Part shown: positions 54,891 through 64,000 of the stretch, one piece after another
How positions within the stretch are numbered: the stretch's first letter is position 1
Layout of the letters: each line of letters starts with the position of its first letter
NCBI GenBank assembly: GCA_951406725.2
Contig: OX597819.1
Location: 21,576,001 to 21,640,000, forward strand
Reading direction: 5' to 3'
Origin: Octopus vulgaris
Taxonomy: Eukaryota
Length of the DNA stretch: 64,000 bases
Translations under genes and position numbers: made by a program
Notes under the pieces: generated by a model
What the model saw: the letters and a program-made list of their open reading frames with translations, nothing else
Told to the model about the DNA's origin: nothing
The model's database searches: none

Positions 54891-55291
54891 GTATAAACCA
54901 TGCATACATACCCAAATATTAATACACACACACCCACACACACAAACACTCTCATGCGTGCGCTCACACTCATACATATTCAACGAATTATAGAGCATAT
55001 GGTTGAGACATCATAGGAATTTTATTACAGCAATTGCTTCAGCACTTTTACACTAATTAGAAGCGACTGAAATGCCTACTTTCAGTTTCACACAAACCTT
55101 CTATCAGAAACCACTTGGTTTCCGGCAAATATTTTACTCTAAGCTGTCGCTCTGGCTTAGTTGTTCGTCTTGCTACAAGTAAGACGAGCGGAAAACAGAT
55201 TTTCGTTGCAGGTATTATAGAGTACTGTACATACAATGAAATTTCATAGTATATATAGATACGAAAACTCATAAACATATATATATATATA

Positions 55292-55811
<520 letters not shown>

Positions 55812-55816
55812 TGAGT

Positions 55817-55899
<83 letters not shown>

Positions 55900-56430
55900 T
55901 ATATATGCACATATACATATATATGCGTATATATATATATGTATATATGTATGTATTTATATACATATATATTTGTATATGTACATATATGTGTGAGTAT
56001 ATAGATAGATAGGCAGACAGAGTGACAGACTGACAGACTGACAGAGAGAGATAGAGAGAGATAGAGAAGCAACCAAACAGACAGATATGCATATGTACCT
56101 ACATAAATACTTGTATACACAGACACAATTTGCATGTGACACATTTTTCTTTAGGGCTGTACTTTAGTTTTTCATTGCTGAGAACATTCTACTAAATCCT
56201 TAGCTTACAATATGTGGTGAAAGTCTAATCAGTCATTTAGAAGTTTGTCCTGCAACCGCTTAGTTTCGGGTTCAGTCTTTGGTTGTGGTGCTTCCTCCAC
56301 CAACGAATGGCTTCTGATTCGATCTAACACACGAAACGTGTGCGCTGCCCATTGAATATACATGTTAATGCGAGTCTGTTATGTGTGCGCCCGAGCGTGC
56401 GTGTGGGCGTACTTAAGCTTAAGTTCCACG

Positions 56431-56465
<35 letters not shown>

Positions 56466-56509
56466 TTCTCTATCTCTTTATCTATCTCTACCTCCTTCTA
56501 TATATATAT

Positions 56510-56710
56510 TCTTCTTTTTTATTCTTTTAATTTCGGTCATTTGACTGCGGCTATGCTGGAGCACGGCTTTTAGTTGTACAAATCGACTCCAGGATTCATT
56601 CTTTGTAAGCCTATTACTTATTCCGTCCGTCTCTTTTGCCGAACTGCTACGTTATAGGGGTGTAAACACACCAACACAGGTTGTCATGCGATGGTAGGAG
56701 TACAAATACA

Positions 56711-56749
<39 letters not shown>

Positions 56750-56775
56750 ACACATATATATACGACGGGCTTCTT
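56510..56775 (-). mobile_element. SINE family A 3' half
   Basis: Reverse complement of the family A tail. Confidence 0.75.
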
Positions 56776-56789
56776 ATGTTTCAAAGGAT

Positions 56790-57700
56790 TTAGACTCAAT
56801 TGCACTTGCGTTGCTTTGAGTTGGTCTTTGTATCGTCGAATAGGGCAAACCTATGGTCTTTTCGCTGAAGTGTGCCTACTGAGTAAGACTTGGTGTGGAA
56901 TCCTTAACTTTTCCATTCTTGCTACATATCCTCTCCATCGAAGGCGGTGTTTCATGATCAGTGATTCGAAATTTTGATTGTTAGCTATTGCCCGCATTTA
57001 TTATTGGTCACGTAGCGTACCCATCTGTTGTTCTCAAAGATTGAATGAAAGTTTTGTTGGAGGAAGGTTTCTAATTTTGGGATGTCGTTACGATATAGAG
57101 TCCAGATTTCGCAGGCGTATAACAAAGTTGAAATGATCACAGCATTATAGGCCATAGTTTTGCTGTTAAGTTAAGATCTTTGTTGTTGAACTCACGTGTG
57201 ACTAACTTTCCAAATTGCCCTTATACAGCTCCAATTCTTTCTTTCTGAGGTGAATTTGTTTGATAAAATTATGCCTAAATGTGGAAAGTGCTCTATATGT
57301 TCTGGATTTGTATCAGAGATTGTAACACCTAAATCTGGTAAGATGGTATTCGGGGATGTTTGCACAAGAACCTTGGTTTTGATGATATTTACTGTTAGAC
57401 TAAAAGCGATAGTAGACCGTAGCAAAGTTGTTCACAGGCTGTTGGAGTTATTTTGAATGATAGATAGCAGCATTGTCATCAGCATATTGAAGTTCTGAGA
57501 TGTGTTGCGTGCGTAACAGATGTTTGTATCGAAGTCTACTAAGATTGAAAAATCCTCCATTATATTAATATCTGATGTCGACTCCTGGATTGTCTGGAGG
57601 AAGGCCGTGAAGCATTGCAGTCAGATACAAGGAGAGCAGCGTAGTTGCCGAGACACATATTTGTTTTAGTCCGCATGCGATTAGAAATTATTCTAAGAGT
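56790..57700 (-). mobile_element. Decayed RTE/BovB-like LINE RT
   Basis: SELQYADDNA; LTVNIIKTKVLVQ; IEHFPHLGIILS; TLLYACEIWT; RRYKDQLK. Confidence 0.85.
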
Positions 57701-58029
57701 ATGCGTTGCTTGTACCAGAGAGAAAAAGTGATCAGGGCATCCAAAATGATGACAACCCTTCCACGCAGCAACACCTGCAACGTTATCGTAGGTCTCTTCT
57801 AAGTCATAGAAAACAAGAAAAATGGGATTTTAGTGTTCCCTGTTTTCTTTTGGCGTGGCTTGGCAGAGAATATCATGTCATTTTGAGATTCTGGTGGCAT
57901 CTTTTCGATGACGGTCTAGAGCCAATTTAGAAGAATCCTGTCAAAGATCTTCCCCCTCAGATGATCATTCATTGTCTTGATGGAGCGGCTTGCGTAGACC
58001 AATGATTCTAAGAGCCATGCCATCGGCGA

Positions 58030-58246
58030 TCCTACAGAACTGTATGTTGGCCATACACGTAATGCACTTTCAGAACGCTCGCGTGTGCATCGACAACAAA
58101 TTAAAAACCCAGAAGTCCGCCAAATACCAATGAGTAACCACCTGGCATCATGTGGTCGGAAAACTTTTATGATATTCCCATTTCATAAACTTTACAACCT
58201 GAATGAAATTGAGAGAAAACTGAGAGAAAAGGACTTTATTAAGAAA
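58030..58246 (+). mobile_element. Penelope-type GIY-YIG endonuclease fragment truncated by the Helitron
   Basis: ELYVGHTRNALSERSRVHRQQIKNPEVRQIPMSNHLASCG...FMIFPF...ERKLREKDFIKK (YIG-like motif, conserved R, H and E). Confidence 0.75.
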
Positions 58247-58640
58247 CTAGCAGTATCGCCCGGCGTTGCTCGGGTTGTAAGGGAAATAACTATATAAGCA
58301 TTTTTAGAGAGTTATAGCCAAAAAATAGCAAAAAAATGCATTCAAAATTGAAAAAAAATTAAGGTAATTTTTTTTTTAAATCGTTGACACATCGTAGATT
58401 TTTTAGAGAGTTACTTCCCTTATATAAAAGCGAAAAAAATGCATTAAAATGGAAAAATATGATGGTAAATTTTTTTTAAATCGTAGACTCATCGTAGACG
58501 CGCGCTAATACCCAGAAGGGCTCGATATGAATCACGACTATAAGATACCCGCTTTTGGTTAAACTGCACCGCAAAATGTGGGAGTAGTTACGAATCTAAA
58601 TCGAAGGGGACAGACACACAACTTCACTCCTATATAAAGA
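58247..58640 (-). mobile_element. Non-autonomous Helitron-like element, copy 3
   Basis: Minus strand A|TCTTTATATAGGAG ... CCCGAGCAACGCCGGGCGATACTGCTAG|T. Confidence 0.85.
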
Positions 58641-58966
58641 TGCTTTTTTTTTTCAGTCATAGAGTTAGATTTATGAAGGTCTTCAGTAGAAAATCCTTCG
58701 AATTCTGACTCGCTGCTTGATATAATGAAATTCGTATCCATTTTTTGTCAGAATTACAAATTTTGAAAACACAATAGGAACAAATTTGGGAAAAAAATCT
58801 CCCATAATTCACAGAATTAAAATTACCCTTCGATTTTTGTACAAAACTGTATTTGAAGTGTTTACGAAGTATAATACGTGTTTTCACGAATGTACTAAAG
58901 AGATTTACTCTGATATTCTCATTTAAATATGAATAGGTAAATTCGGGCGGTTTGGTAACGAAAGGG
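58641..58966 (-). mobile_element. Possible piggyBac-like terminal remnant
   Basis: Minus strand TAAA|CCCTTTCGTTACC terminus (TTAA|CCC-like), followed by the acidic peptide SSSESEFEGFSTEDL. Only one end is seen. Confidence 0.35.
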
Positions 58967-59664
58967 TTTATATAAGTGTCGTCTGTTTACACATAAACAC
59001 TGTTTCATACTTTCAGTTTAGTCTTCCTCAAATCACTCTGTCGCTAATTTACTCTCTTCCAAGAACATTTTCACTCACTCTTGTCTGTTAGCTTCCCATA
59101 CATTTTACTCATGTATCTATCAGCGTGATAGACAGAAACAAATATTACATCTAGTTTCACTTTATTCGTTGCACACTGTGTGTGTGCGTTTGCGTGTGCT
59201 GTAAACCAGACTAAGAAAAGCATTTGACATACACACCAGAATGTGAGTTTTCTGTAAATTTTGCTTAATTGAAGTTTCAATTTTAAAAACTGGACCTGGC
59301 ATGACCCGATGCATTCTACTCTTAAAAATGCTAGGTAAATTGTAATTGAAGAAATCCTATATTGTAGATTTCTATAGCTTACAAAGGGAGGCAGATAAAA
59401 TCTGCCTTTTATAATAAGAGATTCAAACCCAAGCTTAACAAACAATGATTAAATTAATCTTATTTGGTGACTAAAAATCTTATCTCCTTAACCAAAACCA
59501 AAAATTTCTAAAAAGTACTGCAATCATCATTTCTAAAAATAAACATTGCAAAATGGTTTGGCATCATTTCTAAATATAGCCAAACAACTCATACTGCTGC
59601 CCACATGAACACATACAAAGGACAATAGACAGCCAGTCAACCAAAGTAGAAACAGTCACAGGTG

Positions 59665-61386
59665 TCGTTCACACGTGTGTTTTTTTGGGGTTTTTTGGGG
59701 GTTTTTTAGCTCGTGCGGTGAAGACGTTATGCTGTTGTGAAAACGTCGTTACGTGTTCGGTTCTGTTGGGAATTCGGAAAAGTTGGTTTTAGTTATAAGG
59801 TTTGCTTTTAGTAATTTTCACTGGTGAATTTAGTCTGTCTGTTTGAGACAGACGAAGGAGAATGAGCTTTTTCTCGTTGAGAGGAGGAATGGAAGTGACA
59901 AGGAGAAGAATGTTCAGTGAGTCGGACTTGTCGTCTTCCGAAGAAGAGTTAGTGGAGGCGATGGAAAAAATGGACATGGTTTTAAAAAAAAGAAAATACG
60001 CAGGTGCAACAAAGACAGTGACGAAGGAAATAAATTTGGCAAAGTTGCCGGAAACCCAGGATATGATAAGAAGAGTAAACGGAGAGGTGGAATTGTTGCT
60101 GCCCAACAGGAAAAGGAACAAAATGGAAAAAAAGAAAATAACGTACAGAGTCTTAGCTAATGAAAAGAAAATAGCAGATATAATAAGCATGGAAACGCTA
60201 GCGGAAGCCCTAAGAACAACAGAAGAAATGATATTCCTCGCAAGAGGAAATAAGTATGCCACAGTGGTGGTACAGTATAAAAACGAGGAAACAGCAAGAA
60301 GAATGGCTGCAAAGACAATAAATAATGAAAAAGTAACACTTCTACCCACTTATCTAGGGAGAAGAACCTCAAGAATTACGGTGGATGGAATACCACCGGT
60401 TATCGATGCAGAAATGGTAGTAGCAGCGGTTATCTGCGGTAACGAAGATAAGGTTGACATAGTCCAAGCGACTATAACAGATGATAGAGGGTGGAGAGGT
60501 GGGACGCTGGAAATGAGCGTCCAAGCAGAAATGGGAATCCTACAAAATTTAGCAGAATCGATTACGACAAACGACATAACAATGAGAGTATGGGTGGAGG
60601 GCAGAGCCCCTCGATGTTATAAATCTGGCTTGAAAGGCCACATAAGAGCAAACTGCAATACGACAGTGGAAGAGATAAACGAAGAAGCAGCAGTGGAAAC
60701 GGTAGCACCCCAGGAGGAACTGAAAGAAACAGAAGAAAAAGAGAGTCAAGTGAAGGAAGACGGAAAAGAGGATGAAAATCCAGGAAAAAGAAAACAGTGG
60801 AAAACAAAAAAGGCAAGTGACTGTGAAACGCAACCCACCACAGCACCACCCTCACCCATTGTGGCCCAACCCGTCCACGCAGACACCAAACCCATCCACT
60901 ACCCACCAACAAGAAAATTTAAAACATGCACATAATTGATAACTCAAAAACCCCGTCCAGAAGAATATTGTTTAAGGAAAATAGACAGTGAGCAATTACA
61001 TGAAAGATTAAAGAACTGGGGAAAGGCCGAAATGCCAGATAGATGGGATGAAGAAATGGAAGTGGTATTGTCGGAAGAGCAAGTGAAAGAACTTAAAAAT
61101 GAACTTGAAGATGCATACATGTTAATTAGAGGAAGATTAGTACAGGAAAAGAAAAATGAACTCTGGAAAATACACGGGTTAAAATTTGGGGATTTCGTGG
61201 ATTTTGTAGTAAAATAGGAAAAAGGACAAGCAAGTGATGTTGACTGGTGGGACAGTTAACATCACCTTCACCTCTCATCTATCGCCCATTTTTCCATCCC
61301 ATCATTCGACAATTTTTTATGTTTTGTGTCCCCAACGTGTCGTAATGTCCCATCTATGTATAGTCCTTTATGGATAATAAAGAAAT
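59665..61386 (+). mobile_element. ORF1-only non-autonomous retroelement, apparently full length
   Basis: Flanked by TCACAGGTG (59656-59664) and TCACAGCTG (61387-61395). About 200-bp 5' UTR, one long reading frame, and a short 3' UTR ending AATAAAGAAAT. No RT or endonuclease motifs. Confidence 0.75.
59862..61217 (+). pseudogene. L1/Tx1-type ORF1 (gag-like) protein with RRM-like region and CCHC knuckle; one in-frame stop at 60933-60935
   Basis: The 357-aa and 93-aa ORFs are in the same frame. LLPTYLGRRTSRITVDGIPP and VWVEGRAPRCYKSGLKGHIRANC (CX2CX4HX4C with the second C changed to S). Confidence 0.75.
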
Positions 61387-61674
61387 TCACAGCTGAAACA
61401 CTCCTGTCACAACCTGGAACCTTGAAGACTGCTATAATGTAAGAAAGTATACTAGTCCCTTAATATTTTATATTCAATATTTCATCTATTCAATAAGACA
61501 ATCAATACTTCATTTCATTTTACTATATATATATATATATATATTATTTATAGTATATATTCTATATTCTACATTAATATTATGAAGAATATAAATAAAA
61601 CATAAAAAACCAGACAGATTTGGAATTTCTTTGAATAATATATATCCCTCTATACACAATCATACAAACCCCTT

Positions 61675-61736
<62 letters not shown>

Positions 61737-61993
61737 ATGTATTAAGTATTTGTGCATGTATATATACGTCTAAGCACGAATACGAAAGTTTTTGTCTAAG
61801 TATTATCTTCCTTCCAACTTTCTTTCTCTTGACAGTTAAAACAGCGATGGCCTCATTGCGTCATTTTCTCTAAGCTAGAATGTAAACTTTTCACGTTCAT
61901 ATTTAAATTTTTCGCGTTTCAATTTTTGTCTCCTTTTTATTCATTCTCGAAGTTGAATCAGAAAATCTCTAGTAAGACATTTTTTTTATTGAT

Positions 61994-62030
61994 GTACACG
62001 AAGAGACCCGAGTCGAAACATGTGTCGTAC
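61994..62030 (+). ncRNA. Minimal hammerhead motif with mutated core position 3
   Basis: GTAC-ACGAAGA-GAC ccga GTC-GAAA-CA tg TG-TC-GTAC; three perfect stems and a GUC site. Confidence 0.6.
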
Positions 62031-62149
62031 CTAATAGAATATTTTACTCATTACATCTAATTTTTATTTATATATATATATATATACTTACATACATGCA
62101 TGCATAAAAATGTATATATATATATACTTACATACATGCATGCATAAAA

Positions 62150-62246
<97 letters not shown>

Positions 62247-64000
62247 TGTATATACACTAAGCTATATAAAGAAACGTCTTAAACACGGTGTCATTTTCTG
62301 TTCATCTTCTGGAACCGAACCCATTATTTCTATGTTCTCGTTGGTAAAGTATATAACTCGAATCGTGAAATTCCTTTCTTTCCATTTCATATACGCGTGT
62401 GTGTAATAAGTGGAGTGTGTACGTGCGTTTACATATACACACACAAATATACACACGTATATAATCGTGTACTTAATGATTACATTTATTCATCATATAT
62501 GTGCAAAAACATAAATTTATTCGTATGCGTTACATTTTAAGTAATAACTATACGTTGTTATGTATAGAAGCATAGAATCACATACACACACATACAATTA
62601 ATCGACACATACATGATTATACGATGCTATATCTGTGACATCGTAATATGCATACATGTATATACTTATATGTGTTTGCATGTGTATTTGGTCATTTGCA
62701 TATGCGTGCTTTTTGTGTGTGTACATGTCTCTGTATATCAATACGTGTCCATGTGTCTGCATATGTCTGCCCAGATATGTGTGTCTAACAGAAAAGTTGT
62801 GAGAACTTTCGCTCAACAGTCAACTCGTCATTTAAGCAACGTTGTCATCTATCATGATGGAAATATTTATTCATGCGTGAAAACGAAAGTGGAATAGGAT
62901 CGACTATTTCCCAAAATTATTATCATTGTATCGGGAAGTATGAATTATTAACTAAAGAAGAAAAACTCCTTAACATCTCGTGCAGTCTTATTTCTCGTGT
63001 GAATCTATTTCGGATTTGTTTTTTCAGGGTGCTTTTTTCGCAATTATTTTTTCACTTTTTGCAATGTCCTTTTTTTCTTTTTTGGTTTAACTCCATCTTA
63101 TAAGATTTCATTATAATTAAATAGAAAATTTATTGAAATAATTAATTCTTTGAATTCTATTGACGCCACGCTTAGATTTTTACTTTTTCTTAATCTAGTT
63201 GTTATTATTTTTGGTGTCGTTGTTGTTGCAGTTGTTGTTTTCCTTCTTGTTTAGTTGCAAGTCTAATTGCTATTGTTGTTGTTGTTGTGTTACTACTGAG
63301 GCTGTGGTCGTTGCAGTTGTTATTGCTACAATCGTTGTTGTTGTTATTATTGTTGGCTTGCGGTTTTAGCCTTTTTTATAGCTTGTTTGTCTTATATTCT
63401 TAATAAGGTGGAGAAAATATTAATCTTCGTTGATTTTCATCTTTTCTTTTTTGGTTTGGTTTTTGTGTTTGTTTCTTGTCTTTTCTCTTTTCGTGATGAT
63501 GTCTTCCTTTGAATCGGTTTGTCAGGCTAACTTCTGAAAATGATCGATGAGAGACAATACGAAATCTTCTTCTTACTGTTGTTTTTCTTCTTTGCCATCT
63601 CTTGTTTATCGTGTGTTTGTTCCTTGTTTTTTTTTATTTATATATTTTTTGTCGATTAATTTTGTTATTTTTGTGCAACTTTGTGTTTTTGTTTATATTT
63701 TTATTTTTTATAAACTTGTGTTATTCATTCTACCTAAAAAAAAAGAAAGAAAGAAATACTTAAAACAAAATGATTTCCAAACACGAATGAAGGTCATAGA
63801 GTAAAAGTTGTGAAATCAATTTTCAAATAGAAGAATCAGTAATGAGCGAGGAAGCAAGCGAGAAAAGCCAACAGGAAATTAAAGATTAGCCAATCACTTG
63901 GTGGATGTGTCTTTGTTGTTGTTGTTTTTCCTTCCTTTTAAGCTTAAATTAAAACAAATGCAGCCTTATACAGTTTTATCTGCAAAAACCGCAAGGGTAT

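Noticed and set aside
63845-63900. CCAAT box (TAGCCAATCA) and GGAA motifs as a promoter
   Set aside because: Short motifs expected by chance; no adjacent transcript evidence within the window.

Overview
AT-rich, microsatellite-saturated eukaryotic non-coding DNA. The repeat families and the (TA)n/(CA)n/(GATA)n load look like a coleoid cephalopod, probably Octopus; this is inferred from pattern recognition only. I could not support any host protein-coding exon, and almost all ORFs in the track are microsatellite artefacts. The window holds mostly decayed transposons: three copies of a non-autonomous Helitron, R4/Dong-type, RTE, CR1-like and Penelope (RT and GIY-YIG) retroelement fragments, Tc1, maT-like and mariner remnants, MITEs, and at least three tRNA-derived SINE families. 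Two things stand out. (1) There are about eleven minimal type-I hammerhead ribozyme motifs. Some lie in a 364-bp tandem/inverted retrozyme-like array (10.36-11.48 kb), and two lie in a TSD-bounded palindromic element in which back-to-back tRNA-like heads each lead into a hammerhead-bearing tail (13.43-13.98 kb). (2) An apparently complete, TSD-bounded retroelement (59.67-61.39 kb) encodes only a gag/ORF1-like CCHC protein, and its 3' stem-loop tail is shared, with a compensatory base change, with the local Nin-type SINE family. All alignments and folds were done by eye.
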